From NCBI GenBank assembly GCA_963677495.2, contig CAXXOU010000004.1, forward strand, positions 448,001 through 512,000: 64,000 nucleotides of DNA, written 5' to 3'. A program made the translations under genes and the position numbers. The stretch is from Candidatus Cloacimonadales bacterium. GTDB taxonomy: Bacteria > Cloacimonadota > Cloacimonadia > Cloacimonadales > JAFGVF01. The notes below the pieces were generated by a model that worked only from the letters and a program-made list of their open reading frames with translations, was not told where the DNA came from and did not search any database. Below, piece by piece: positions 50,498 to 60,951 of the stretch (its first letter is position 1; every line of letters begins with the position of its first letter).

Positions 50498-50650
50498 TCT
50501 TTGGTGGCAGACTGAGCATAAAGAATTAATGATTATCTTTGAACAATCTTTCCGGTAAAGATTTAGGAGAGATACAAATAATTATTGACTATGATATAAT
50601 ATTGTAGATAAGTTACATAAATAAATATTGAAGGAAGGAGATAAGGCACG

Positions 50651-51631
50651 ATGATTAATATGACAACCAAATATATGGGGTTAACACTTAAGAATCCAAT
50701 AGTAATTGCTTCAAGTGGATTAACCAATAACCTTGCATCTTTAAAAGAATTAGAAAAGAACAATGCAGGGGCAGTTGTCTTAAAATCCTTGTTTGAGGAA
50801 CAGATCCGTATGCAGGTTGAATCTGCACTTAAAGATAGCATTAATCAGTATCCGGGTGGAGAGGATTATCTCCGTTATTATGAAGAAAGAAATGTAGTTG
50901 ATAACTACTTAAGACTTATAAAAGATGCGAAGGCTAATCTTACTATTCCTGTGATTGCAAGTTTAAACTGCACAACAGGTGGCGAATGGACTAAGTTTGC
51001 TAAAGAGATTGAGAATGCAGGTGCTGATGCAATTGAAGTTAATATCTTCAGATTGCCTTTCGATCTTCAAGATAACAAAGCTGTTAATGAAGCAACTTAT
51101 GAAAGTATCATTAAAGATATTAAAGCAAATGTGAATATCCCTGTTGCTGCCAAGATAGGTAAGTTCTTTACTAACCCTGCAATTTTCATCCAGAAGCTTG
51201 CTTTCAGTGGTGCTGATGGTATCGTTTTATTCAATAGATTCTATGGTGTTGATATTGATTTAGATAATGAGAAAGTTACAACAGGTAATCATTACAGTAC
51301 TGCAAATGAGTTCTCTGATGCGATGAGATGGACAGCTTTCTTAGCTGATAGAATAGATGCTGATATCTGTGCAAGTACAGGCATTCACACTTGGGAAGAG
51401 GCTATGAAGATACTCCTTGCCGGTGCTCCAGCTTTTGAGATTGCTTCAACTCTCTACATCAATGGTATTGAGAGGATAAATGAGATTCTTGCAGGAATGA
51501 TTAAATGGATGGAAGCTCATAACTATACTAGTATTGAAAGCTTAGTTGGTAAACTGAAACATTCAGGAGATAAGAACAGTGAATTGTACGAAAGAGTACA
51601 GTTTATGTTATACCAATCAAAGCAAGACTAA
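50651..51631 (+). CDS. Dihydroorotate dehydrogenase-like protein
   Basis: LKNP...ASS, AVVLKSLFEEQ, P.IASLN, GADGIVLFNRF and ASTGIH. Confidence 0.87.
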   Translation: MINMTTKYMGLTLKNPIVIASSGLTNNLASLKELEKNNAGAVVLKSLFEEQIRMQVESALKDSINQYPGGEDYLRYYEERNVVDNYLRLIKDAKANLTIPVIASLNCTTGGEWTKFAKEIENAGADAIEVNIFRLPFDLQDNKAVNEATYESIIKDIKANVNIPVAAKIGKFFTNPAIFIQKLAFSGADGIVLFNRFYGVDIDLDNEKVTTGNHYSTANEFSDAMRWTAFLADRIDADICASTGIHTWEEAMKILLAGAPAFEIASTLYINGIERINEILAGMIKWMEAHNYTSIESLVGKLKHSGDKNSELYERVQFMLYQSKQD

Positions 51632-51642
51632 ACATACATTTT

Positions 51643-51667
51643 AAAGGGCTCATGTAGCCCTTTTTTT
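51643..51667 (+). terminator. Rho-independent terminator
   Basis: AAAGGGCT-catgt-AGCCCTTTTTTT. Confidence 0.8.
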
Positions 51668-51687
51668 GTTCCTATTTAGGAGGTTTC

Positions 51688-54132
51688 GTGAAAAGGCTAT
51701 TACTTTCTATAGTTGTTTTAAGTATTGGATTGCTCTCAGCAGTAAATATCTTAGTTAATATTCCGGGTGATAACAAAGCTGACTATGTTAATGCAGGTCG
51801 TGACATCGCTTGTTTCAAACCGGATGGCTCTATTGACATTGTTATCGATGAAACTGAGTTAACAGATTTCAAAGCGCAATATCCGCAGATGTCTGTAGTA
51901 ACAACAGATGAAGAACTAAGAAACAACTTTAGAAAAAAGACACGTGACCTTCCAGGGTACAGAGACTACGGAATGCTAACGCAGGAACTCTATAACCTTC
52001 AACTTGCACATGCCAATATTTGCATGCTTACTTCAATCGGTGAAAGCTGGGGGAAGATTCAGTTTGATCTGGGAAACTTTGATTACTATGACTACCAACA
52101 TGACCTTTATGCAATTAAAGTAAGTGATAACCCCGGTATTGAGGAAGATGAACCGGTAATTTACTTTGTAGGAGAGCATCATGCAAGAGAACCAATCTCC
52201 TTAGAAGTTGTTATGAATTTGCTCAATCATCTACTTGAAAACTACTATACTGATCCGCAGATTCAGGATTATGTTGATAATTATCAGATTTGGTTTATTC
52301 CACTCTTGAATCCTGATGGGCATAAGATCGTTACTGATGAAGGGGATATGTGGTGGCGTAAGAATATTAGAGACCATAATTATAATAATGAAGTTGATTT
52401 TCCTAGCTCATATGGCAACACATTTGATGGGGTAGACCTTAATAGAAACTATGGGTGGCACTGGGGAAACCATAATGCACCGGATGATATGAATGATGCT
52501 ACCTATCATGGAACCGGGCCTTTCTCTGAGCCTGAAACCCAAGCTTTTAGAGACTTCTTAGAAGAACATAAACCAGTAGCGGGACTCAGTTATCACTCCT
52601 ACGGTAATTATGTTCTTTTCCCATTTGGATATGGTTGGAATGCTGAGACAGCTGATCGCGAAGTAATGGTAAATCTTGCTGATGAAATGGCTCAAAGAAT
52701 TCACCGAGTTAACGGATTACCTTATCAATCATTTGTTGAGTGGCAACTCTATCCATGTATGGGTGGAACTGATGATTATGCATATGGTATGCACAGAACT
52801 ATTGCATTTACAATAGAGTTAGCAGATACCTTTATCCCTGATGCTTCACTTGTGCAGGGCATCTGTGATGAAAACCTCAATGGACAGTTGCACTTTCTTG
52901 ATAGATTCGAAAAATCAATCCTTAAAGGACATGTGACAGATAGCGTTTCAGGAGAACCAATTGGCGCAACTATCTTTATTGATGGTATTGATAATTTGGG
53001 ATCAGGGCAGACTGACTATATGTGCAACCCTCAGTGGGGTAGTTATTATCGAACTCTTCAACCCGGTGATTATACATTCGAAGTTTCAGCAAATGGGTAT
53101 ATTACACAGAGAGATATTCCTTTTACAATTACTGACAGCACAGAAACTGTTATTGATATTCAGCTCGAACTTCATGAAAACTCAACTCTGACAATAGAGG
53201 TGGTAGATGACAACAACGAGCCAATGCCTGAAACTGCAATTCAACTTGTTTCTTTAGTTACAGAGACCTACACTACTGCTGAAAACGGAACTGTTACAAT
53301 CCTTGATGTTCCTGTTGGAATGTACAATGTTAGGATAGATTGTCCGGGATATGGTTTGATTGATAAAATGCTTGAAGTAGGGGCTGGGGATACATTCTGG
53401 CACGTTAATTTATATCCTCATAGTTTGATATTTGACTTTGAGATAGACAGTAATGGATGGAACTGTTCAGGAGCTTGGGGCACAACAAATGATAACAGTT
53501 TAAATGGTGTCCAATCTCTTTCTAGTAAATATCCCGGATATTCTATGAGTACTGGTAGTTATGCAAAACTAATCCAACCATTAGATAACTCAGAAGGTGA
53601 TGTTAGTATTGAATTTTTCCTGACAAGTGATTATCAGCATGGAGATAATAACTCCTATTTTCAAATATCCGAAGATCAAACAACTTGGATTACGTTAGAA
53701 AGCTTTAGAGAGAATAGCGACTGGACAAAGTATTCATATGATTTAAGTCAGTATAATTGGGAAACTATGTATATTCGTTTCTTCCAGTATATGGAAACGG
53801 GAACATCGGGTGGTGTATATGTGGATGATTTTGCTATTTACCAGAATCAGGTAACAGTGCCAAATGATGAGAATAATCAACAGATACCTGTTGTGAAATC
53901 TTTAGTTGCATACCCAAATCCTTTCTCAAATGAACTAATCATTGAGACAAAGGGTTTATCGGATGAAAAAGTCCAAATATATAATATAAAGGGGCAACTT
54001 GTTAACGAGATCGAATCTTCAAAGGGTAAAGCCGTTTGGAATACTAAACTGGATAATGGACAAGCAGCAGGTAATGGAATCTACTTCATAAAGTGTGGGA
54101 ATATTAAACAGAAAACGTTACTTTTAAAGTAG
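51688..54132 (+). CDS. Secreted M14 zinc carboxypeptidase with C-terminal sorting domain
   Basis: HHARE, NPDG, WRKN, GVDLNRNY, FSEPET, SYHSYG and C-terminal YPNPF. Confidence 0.9.
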   Translation: MKRLLLSIVVLSIGLLSAVNILVNIPGDNKADYVNAGRDIACFKPDGSIDIVIDETELTDFKAQYPQMSVVTTDEELRNNFRKKTRDLPGYRDYGMLTQELYNLQLAHANICMLTSIGESWGKIQFDLGNFDYYDYQHDLYAIKVSDNPGIEEDEPVIYFVGEHHAREPISLEVVMNLLNHLLENYYTDPQIQDYVDNYQIWFIPLLNPDGHKIVTDEGDMWWRKNIRDHNYNNEVDFPSSYGNTFDGVDLNRNYGWHWGNHNAPDDMNDATYHGTGPFSEPETQAFRDFLEEHKPVAGLSYHSYGNYVLFPFGYGWNAETADREVMVNLADEMAQRIHRVNGLPYQSFVEWQLYPCMGGTDDYAYGMHRTIAFTIELADTFIPDASLVQGICDENLNGQLHFLDRFEKSILKGHVTDSVSGEPIGATIFIDGIDNLGSGQTDYMCNPQWGSYYRTLQPGDYTFEVSANGYITQRDIPFTITDSTETVIDIQLELHENSTLTIEVVDDNNEPMPETAIQLVSLVTETYTTAENGTVTILDVPVGMYNVRIDCPGYGLIDKMLEVGAGDTFWHVNLYPHSLIFDFEIDSNGWNCSGAWGTTNDNSLNGVQSLSSKYPGYSMSTGSYAKLIQPLDNSEGDVSIEFFLTSDYQHGDNNSYFQISEDQTTWITLESFRENSDWTKYSYDLSQYNWETMYIRFFQYMETGTSGGVYVDDFAIYQNQVTVPNDENNQQIPVVKSLVAYPNPFSNELIIETKGLSDEKVQIYNIKGQLVNEIESSKGKAVWNTKLDNGQAAGNGIYFIKCGNIKQKTLLLK

Positions 54133-54140
54133 GAGGAAGC

Positions 54141-54911
54141 ATGGAAACTAAGAAATATCAGTTGTTCTACTTCTCGGGTACAGGTAACACTTTACTCTTA
54201 GTTGAGAAAGCTGTTGAGATGCTAAAAAATAATAACGCAGAAGTCATTGTAGAACGTATTGAAGATAACCCGGTAGTTGATCCGAATACTTCAATAATAT
54301 TTGCATTCCCGATAGCATGTTTCTCAACATATCCGATAGTGTGGAAGTTTATCGAAAACTTACCTCAATCTAAGATAGCTACAAAAGTGAATGTAATGTA
54401 TGATATGGCAGGTAGATCATTTAACTTTGCCAGTTTACTACATAAGACATTTAGGAAGAAGGGGTATGCACCACAATCGCTAGGTATAATAATTATGCCC
54501 AGTAACATAACCAAAGAGGAATCAACTGAAGATAAGCATAAAACACTGTTTGATAAAGCTTTTGGAGATGTAGAAACTTTCGTAAACAATGTGAAGACAG
54601 GTCACAAGAATTGGAAGCAGAAGGGATTGGTTACCGGGCTTTATAACCGTATGGTTCAAAATATGAATTGGTTTAAGACTATGAAGTCATGGCAACCGAC
54701 ACTGGATGAAAGCAAATGTACTAAATGTGGTATTTGTGCAGAGCTATGTCCCACAAAAAGTATTGAGATGAATGAGTATCCTATTCACAAAGATACATGT
54801 CAGATTTGTCTTAGATGTATAGGTGTGTGCCCTATGAAAGCACTCAATCTTGGAAAGACTAAGAATATTCCTTATTGTGCAGTTCAACCTGAGAAATTTA
54901 GAAAACTATAA
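54141..54911 (+). CDS. Flavodoxin-ferredoxin fusion (EFR1 family)
   Basis: YFSGTGNT; CTKCGICAELCP and CQICLRCIGVCP. Confidence 0.88.
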   Translation: METKKYQLFYFSGTGNTLLLVEKAVEMLKNNNAEVIVERIEDNPVVDPNTSIIFAFPIACFSTYPIVWKFIENLPQSKIATKVNVMYDMAGRSFNFASLLHKTFRKKGYAPQSLGIIIMPSNITKEESTEDKHKTLFDKAFGDVETFVNNVKTGHKNWKQKGLVTGLYNRMVQNMNWFKTMKSWQPTLDESKCTKCGICAELCPTKSIEMNEYPIHKDTCQICLRCIGVCPMKALNLGKTKNIPYCAVQPEKFRKL

Positions 54912-54937
54912 TTACCATGTTACCAAAATAAACATTT

Positions 54938-54961
54938 AGCCCCTGTGGACGCAGGGGCTTT
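54938..54961. terminator. Terminator between convergent genes
   Basis: AGCCCCTG-tggacg-CAGGGGCTTT. Confidence 0.7.
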
Positions 54962-55018
54962 AAGAGTTTTGCATAACTCATCAGTCTCGGCTGAGTGTTA
55001 ACACCCCGGAGAGACGTT

Positions 55019-55780
55019 TTACTCAATCTCAATCCCAACAGGGCAATGATCTGAGCCCATCACATCTTGCAGAATAAAGGCATTCTTTATTTCCGGAAGG
55101 AACTCTTCATTCACGAAGAAGTAATCAATTCTCCAGCCTGTATTTCTTTCACGAGCTTTGAATCTGTATGACCACCATGAATACTGCGCTTCTCTTTCAT
55201 CAAAATGCCTAAATGTATCAACAAAGCCATGCTCAACAAGCTTATCCAGCCATGCTCTTTCGATTGGTAGGAAACCTGATGTTTGCTCATTAGCTTTAGG
55301 TCTTGCAAGGTCAATAGGTTTATGAGCAGTATTATAGTCACCACATACAACAATGTTCTTCCCATTGTTCTTATACTCAAGCATAACTTCTAGAAGCCTG
55401 TCATAGAACTTTAGTTTATATGCAAGTCTATCCTCATTCATCTGTCCATTCGGGAAGTAGATATTGAAGAGAGTAAACTTCTCAAACTCAGTTGCAATAA
55501 TTCTGCCTTCAGTTTCAAACTCAGGTGCATCAACTTTTGTAGTATTACTTTTTACAGGTAGATCAGTAAACGTTACTACGCCTGAATATCCTTTCTTCTC
55601 TGCATAATCCCAGTATGAGTTTTCAAACGGTAACTGCTCAACTTCCTTTGGGATTTGACTCTCTTGCAGCTTTGTCTCTTGAAGACAGAGTATATCAGGT
55701 TTATGTGTATTTATTATATCTATGAAATCTTTCTTTACTATGGCTCTTAAACCATTCACATTCCAGGACCAGATAATCAT
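55019..55780 (-). CDS. xth: Exodeoxyribonuclease III
   Basis: SWNVNGLRA, LQETK, GYSGV, YFPNG, GDYN.AH, GWRIDY and GSDHCP. Confidence 0.95.
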   Translation of the reverse strand: MIIWSWNVNGLRAIVKKDFIDIINTHKPDILCLQETKLQESQIPKEVEQLPFENSYWDYAEKKGYSGVVTFTDLPVKSNTTKVDAPEFETEGRIIATEFEKFTLFNIYFPNGQMNEDRLAYKLKFYDRLLEVMLEYKNNGKNIVVCGDYNTAHKPIDLARPKANEQTSGFLPIERAWLDKLVEHGFVDTFRHFDEREAQYSWWSYRFKARERNTGWRIDYFFVNEEFLPEIKNAFILQDVMGSDHCPVGIEIE

Positions 55781-55782
55781 GG

Positions 55783-56448
55783 TTACTCCTTACTATATTT
55801 TGTTTTCACTCCAACTCTGTGACAATAATCATAAATTGGGCAAGTAGAACATTTAGGGTTTATAGGACGGCAATGGTTTTGACCAAATGCTACTAAATAT
55901 GAGTTTATATTTAACCAGTACTTTTCAGGAAGTTTTGCTCGCAATGCCATCTCAGTATCAAATGGTGTCTTTGTCTCAACATAGCCAAATCTGTTACTGA
56001 TTCTATGCACATGAATATCTACACAAATAGCGGGTTTCTTGAAGGCAATCGCTCTGACAAGATTTGCTGTTTTACGTCCAACTCCAGGCAATTGTGTTAA
56101 GTCATCTATCTCATCAGGGATGTTACCCTTGAATTTCTCATCCAATACATCTGGTAGTTTTTGTAAGTATTTAGCTTTTTGTCGAAAAAACCCGACGGGA
56201 AACACAAGCTGTTCCAACTCCTCTGCAGAGAACTTGCGTAAGTCTTTATATGTATCAACTACTTTAAACAGTTTCTTTACTACTTCGGTAGTAGTTTCAT
56301 CTTTTGTTCTAGCGCTTAAAATTGTAGCGACAAGAATCTTAAAAGGGTCATGGGTCTGTGCTTCAACCAGGTCAACAACCGGGGTCTGATATGTTACGAA
56401 GTATTCACCTAACACTTCATAAATTGCATCAATATTAACGTCCTTCAT
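55783..56448 (-). CDS. nth: Endonuclease III
   Basis: LPGVGRKTAN, VD.HVHR and C-x6-C-x2-C-x5-C. Confidence 0.92.
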   Translation of the reverse strand: MKDVNIDAIYEVLGEYFVTYQTPVVDLVEAQTHDPFKILVATILSARTKDETTTEVVKKLFKVVDTYKDLRKFSAEELEQLVFPVGFFRQKAKYLQKLPDVLDEKFKGNIPDEIDDLTQLPGVGRKTANLVRAIAFKKPAICVDIHVHRISNRFGYVETKTPFDTEMALRAKLPEKYWLNINSYLVAFGQNHCRPINPKCSTCPIYDYCHRVGVKTKYSKE

Positions 56449-56512
56449 ACTGCTCCAATTTAGTTTGATTTAATATTAACATATTCGATATTGATGTCAT
56501 GTCGAGAAATAA

Positions 56513-56704
56513 TTAATCAAAAATAAAGATTTCCTCTATGGATAACTTAAACACTTTTGCGATATCATATGCAAGTTTAAGCGAAGGATTGTATTTTCCT
56601 TTCTCAAGAAACACTATGGTTTCTCGTCTCACTCCAACGGCTTTGGCTAGTTGGCTTTGAGTGATGTCATCCCTAGCTCTGAGCTCTTTAATCCTTGTTT
56701 TCAT
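56513..56704 (-). CDS. XRE-family HTH regulator
   Basis: [25 protein letters not shown]. Confidence 0.9.
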   Translation of the reverse strand: MKTRIKELRARDDITQSQLAKAVGVRRETIVFLEKGKYNPSLKLAYDIAKVFKLSIEEIFIFD

Positions 56705-57101
56705 TGTATGTAAACCTTATAATGATATAAGAGATAATGAAAGTCAACACACTTAAAAAGAAACCGATACCCATTAGTGATTCAATTGATTCAATTTTAC
56801 TTCCAAATCTATCCAATTCTATCCAGATAAATAGATTTAGTCCACCTGCTAAAGCATATGCCCTATTCCTAATTTTTAGAGACAGCTCATCATTTTCAGG
56901 TTCACCAGCACGTTTTCTTTTTATCGTTGTGTAAATAATTATAAATAGCAAAACTACAACCGCAAGCACATACGCAAAATCTAACAGACATGAGCTGTTT
57001 AATAAATCAGTTTTTTCAAGCACTTTCAAGATGATTACTACAAATAACTGGTGAATCATTATTCCCATACCAAAATGTAAAAGTGGAACATGTTTCTTCA
57101 T
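56688..57101 (-). CDS. Small membrane protein paired with the XRE regulator
   Basis: About 4 hydrophobic segments, E.DE motif, GGAGG SD. Confidence 0.75.
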   Translation of the reverse strand: MKKHVPLLHFGMGIMIHQLFVVIILKVLEKTDLLNSSCLLDFAYVLAVVVLLFIIIYTTIKRKRAGEPENDELSLKIRNRAYALAGGLNLFIWIELDRFGSKIESIESLMGIGFFLSVLTFIISYIIIRFTYNENKD

Positions 57102-57226
57102 TACACCTCCTCATGTTATAAATATATAACACAAAGTTAGAAATAAATAACTATGAGTCAACTTCTTTTTTTATATAAGCACGAGGTTTGTGTACTCTTT
57201 AGCAATTCAGTTACACGCTTTATCCC

Positions 57227-57356
57227 ACTCTTTCAACTCACGGGAGACGGAGGGGATTTCATCGCGAATACAACGGGAATTACTCGAGCAAAGCCCCGAG
57301 AGAGTCCCGAGTGATTCCCGGGAGATTCCCGTGTGAGTCCCGATAATTGAAAGAGG
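57227..57356. repeat. 11-bp-period hairpin, family C copy 1 (unit ~TCCCGAG)
   Basis: CGGGA-type units at 57241/52/63/74 and (T/C)CCCG units at 57294/305/316/327/338; closing stem CTCTTTCAA/TTGAAAGAG. Confidence 0.85.
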
Positions 57357-57430
57357 GCATAGGGAGAGCTTGAAGAATGTGAGATTATATTCCGTTGACA
57401 TGAAATTGCAGGTAATAGTAATTAGCGAGT

Positions 57431-59614
57431 ATGAAGTATATAGAACTAACACCGAAAAATTTTATAGATGAGATGCAAAAGGTTTCTCCCAATGTAGATA
57501 GCGTGCGCTTAAAGAAAGTATGGGATTATGCATTAAATGCTCATGGAGAGCAAAAGAGAGCATCAGGAGAGCGTTACATAATTCATCCTATGAATGTAGC
57601 TTATATATTAGCTCAGATGGAGATGGATTGTACAACAATCACTGCCGGTATCCTGCACGATGTAGTAGAGGATACTGGGATTACAGAAAATGAGATTCGT
57701 GAAATATTTGGAGAACAAGTAGCCAAGCTAGTTGATGGTGTTACAAAGGTTGGAAAACTTTCATATTCGATGCAAGCAAGTCCTTTTGAGCAGCAAGCCG
57801 AGAACTATAGAAAGCTTCTGTTTGCTGTTGTCGAAGATGTAAGGGTTATATTTATTAAGCTTGCTGATCGAATCCACAATATGCGTACACTGAAGTATCT
57901 TTCACCTGAAAAGCAGAAGACAATTGCAAGTGAGACATTAGAGATTTATGTTCCTTTAGCCAATCGATTTGGTATAACCTCTTTGAAATGGGAGTTGGAG
58001 GATCTTTGTCTGAAGCATCTATATCCAGAGCAATACAAAGAGATTAATGCACATATCCATGAGAAAAGGACTACACGAGACAGCTATGTTAAGTACTTTG
58101 TAAAGCAAGTTGAAGAATACTTAAATGATATAGGGATTAACGCTAGTATTTCAGGGAGAAGCAAACATTTCTTTAGTATCTTTCGTAAGAAAATGAGAAG
58201 AAGACTTTCTTACGAAGAGATATATGATTACACGGCTATAAGAATTATAGTGGAAAGTATTGATGATTGTTATAAAAGTTTGGATATTATCAACTCCAAG
58301 TTTATCCCCCTCCCGGAGAGGTTTAAAGACTATATAGCTCAGCCTAAGCAGAATGGATATCGGTCGATACATCATGTGGTTATAAGTGAAGAGGGTTGGA
58401 ATGTAGAAATCCAGATACGAACCCATGAGATGCATGCAGAGGCTGAGGAGGGACGAGCAGCTCACTGGAGATACAAAGAGTTTTATGATGTTGGGCAAAA
58501 AGTCAATAAAAGGCTTGCTGTACAGACAGAAAATATTGCAAAGCAGGTACAATGGTTGAGAACATTCTTAAAGAACCATCCTGATGCAGATCCATCTGAA
58601 TTTGTACGATCTCTGAAATCAGACCTTAACATGGATAATGTAATTGTTAAGACTCCTAAAGGTGATTATTTAGAGTTGCCTGCAGGGTCAACAGCCTTGG
58701 ACTTTGCTTTCTCAGTGCATACTGATCTGGGATTCAAGTGTAAAGGTGCAAAGATAAATGGAAAGATTGCTACCCTTGATACTATCCTTAGTAACGGGGA
58801 CTTGGTTGAAGTTGTAAGTGGAAAGGTAGTTAAACCTAGTAAAGATTGGCTTCTTTTCTTAAAAACAACTAGAGCAAAACAAAGAGTAAGAAGCTGGTTT
58901 AGGCAAAAAGAACTCGAGGATGCATATGTACTAGGGCAGAAGCTATTTGATAGATTTTATAAAAAGACACCGAAAAAGAAGAAGCGAGATGCTCTTTTAA
59001 CACAAGCTGTTGAGTTATGCAAGTTTGAAGATGATAGAGAACTTCTAATTGCGTTAGGCCGTGGTACACTTGATCCAATAAAAGTATGGGAACTGCTTTA
59101 TCCACCTGAAGCTGAAGTGGAAGATTCAGGTGAGGAGATCAGTTTAAAACCATATGATACAATAAAAAATGCAATCTCATTAGATGGAATCGATAATCTC
59201 ATGGTTCATTTTGCAAAATGTTGCAATCCTGTTAGAGGAGATGATATTGTGGGATATGTCACAAGAGGACGAGGTTTAACGATTCATCTTAAGGATTGTA
59301 AAAATCCTGCATTCAAGAATCTTCTTGAAACAGAAAGTGAACGGATAGTAAATGTAGTTTGGGATAAGCGAGGTAAGGGTAAGGATCTCTTCCCGGTCAG
59401 AATAGTTGTGGAGGCTATGAATAAACCACACCTCTATGACAAAGTGATGATAGTTGTCGCGAAAGCGAAAGTGAAAGTTCATGATCATCGATTAGTTCCG
59501 GAAAAAGAGATGCTGAAAGTGTTTATGACAGTTTTGGTTACAGATAAAAAACAATTGGAAAGTTTGCAGAATAAGATTAAGAAGATAAAGGGGATTATTG
59601 CTGTTAAGGCGTAA
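57431..59614 (+). CDS. relA: Bifunctional (p)ppGpp synthetase/hydrolase (Rel)
   Basis: HDVVED, IKLADR.HNMRT, EIQIRT, AAHW.YKE, TGS, AKCCNP and ACT. Confidence 0.93.
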   Translation: MKYIELTPKNFIDEMQKVSPNVDSVRLKKVWDYALNAHGEQKRASGERYIIHPMNVAYILAQMEMDCTTITAGILHDVVEDTGITENEIREIFGEQVAKLVDGVTKVGKLSYSMQASPFEQQAENYRKLLFAVVEDVRVIFIKLADRIHNMRTLKYLSPEKQKTIASETLEIYVPLANRFGITSLKWELEDLCLKHLYPEQYKEINAHIHEKRTTRDSYVKYFVKQVEEYLNDIGINASISGRSKHFFSIFRKKMRRRLSYEEIYDYTAIRIIVESIDDCYKSLDIINSKFIPLPERFKDYIAQPKQNGYRSIHHVVISEEGWNVEIQIRTHEMHAEAEEGRAAHWRYKEFYDVGQKVNKRLAVQTENIAKQVQWLRTFLKNHPDADPSEFVRSLKSDLNMDNVIVKTPKGDYLELPAGSTALDFAFSVHTDLGFKCKGAKINGKIATLDTILSNGDLVEVVSGKVVKPSKDWLLFLKTTRAKQRVRSWFRQKELEDAYVLGQKLFDRFYKKTPKKKKRDALLTQAVELCKFEDDRELLIALGRGTLDPIKVWELLYPPEAEVEDSGEEISLKPYDTIKNAISLDGIDNLMVHFAKCCNPVRGDDIVGYVTRGRGLTIHLKDCKNPAFKNLLETESERIVNVVWDKRGKGKDLFPVRIVVEAMNKPHLYDKVMIVVAKAKVKVHDHRLVPEKEMLKVFMTVLVTDKKQLESLQNKIKKIKGIIAVKA

Positions 59615-59641
59615 AAAAAGGGTCATACAGGATGACCCTTA
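59613..59641. terminator. Terminator between convergent relA and rfbB
   Basis: AAAAAAGGGTCAT-acagg-ATGACCCTT. Confidence 0.75.
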
Positions 59642-59645
59642 AATG

Positions 59646-60704
59646 TTATCTATTGGAGTAGTTTGTTTCTATCCATTTCAGATAGTCACCACTTTTAATG
59701 TCATCCATCCACTCTTTGTTGGACAGATACCATTTAATCGTTTTTCTAATGCCTGCAGCGAAATCAACACTTAGTTTAAATCCAAGTTCATCTTTTAACT
59801 TGTCCATATTGATTGCATAACGCCAATCATGACCAGGTCTATCCTTCACATAAGTGATTAATTGTTTGTAATAGTCTTTCTCTTTACCAAGTTCTTCTGC
59901 CATTAGTTCACAAAGGGTATGAACAATGTCAATGTTACGTATTTCGTTCTCTCCACCAATGTTATATGTCTCACCCTGTTTACCTAATTGAATAATATTC
60001 CATATTGCTCTACAATGGTCTTCAACATAAAGCCAATCTCGAACATTGAGTCCTTTACCATAGATAGGAAGAGGTTTCATCTCTAACATATTGTTTATCA
60101 TTACAGGTATGAGTTTCTCAGGGAACTGATAAGGTCCATAATTGTTGGAACAATTTGAGATAGTGACAGGAAGGTTGTATGTGTGGAAATATGCACTTAC
60201 CAAATGATCACTTGCTGCTTTTGAAGCTGAATATGGAGAATGTGGGTCATAGGCCGTAGTTTCATAAAAGAAGCCTTCATCAGTCAGCGAACCATATACT
60301 TCATCAGTTGAAACATGGTGGAAAAGAACATCAGTTCTATCCTTCCATAGCTTTCTGGCACATTCTAAAAGATTGAATGTACCATTGATATTTGTATCTA
60401 TAAATTCTTTTGGTCCTGTAATTGATCTATCCACATGACTCTCAGCAGCAAAATGGACTATTGTGTCAGGATTGTATTTTTCAAACACTTTTTCAAGTGC
60501 ATCGTAGTCTGCAATATCTACTTTTTCAAAATGATAATTATTGGAGTAGTTCTTCTGAATATCATTTAAACTAAGAGGATTCCCTGCATAAGTAAGTTTA
60601 TCAACATTGATAATCTTTATCTCGTCTTTATGTTCTGAAAACAGAAAATGAATGAAATTAGAACCGATAAAACCAGCTCCTCCGGTTATAAGTATAGTCT
60701 TCAT
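59646..60704 (-). CDS. rfbB: dTDP-glucose 4,6-dehydratase
   Basis: TGGAGFIGSN, AAESHVDRSI, STDEVYG, YSASK, NNYGP and DRPGHD.RY. Confidence 0.95.
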   Translation of the reverse strand: MKTILITGGAGFIGSNFIHFLFSEHKDEIKIINVDKLTYAGNPLSLNDIQKNYSNNYHFEKVDIADYDALEKVFEKYNPDTIVHFAAESHVDRSITGPKEFIDTNINGTFNLLECARKLWKDRTDVLFHHVSTDEVYGSLTDEGFFYETTAYDPHSPYSASKAASDHLVSAYFHTYNLPVTISNCSNNYGPYQFPEKLIPVMINNMLEMKPLPIYGKGLNVRDWLYVEDHCRAIWNIIQLGKQGETYNIGGENEIRNIDIVHTLCELMAEELGKEKDYYKQLITYVKDRPGHDWRYAINMDKLKDELGFKLSVDFAAGIRKTIKWYLSNKEWMDDIKSGDYLKWIETNYSNR

Positions 60705-60852
60705 AATACCTCATGTCAGTTTACTTAGTTAACAAGAACAAATATAAAAGATTAAGGGTCAAGTTAAAAAAAGAAGTAGAAACAATTTTCAAAAACAGTC
60801 CCAATATAATGCGGTATATCTTTTTGTTTGTTAACGGAGTTGTTCTTCTCAT

Positions 60853-60951
60853 TTATAATCTTCGGGACTAATAGGGGATCTTAATTGGAATTTGTAGGGA
60901 TTACTCGGGCAAAGTCCCGCGAGATTCGTGCGAAAGTCCCGAGTATTATAA
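60853..60951. repeat. 11-bp-period hairpin, family C copy 2 (diverged)
   Basis: Shares the centre ATTACTCGRGCAAAGYCCCG with 57279-57298; closing stem TTATAAT/ATTATAA. Confidence 0.78.

Noticed and set aside
6396..60951. 11-bp arrays or heptamer arrays as CRISPR
   Set aside because: The units are contiguous, with no unique spacers and no 23-47-bp repeats; no cas genes are in the window.
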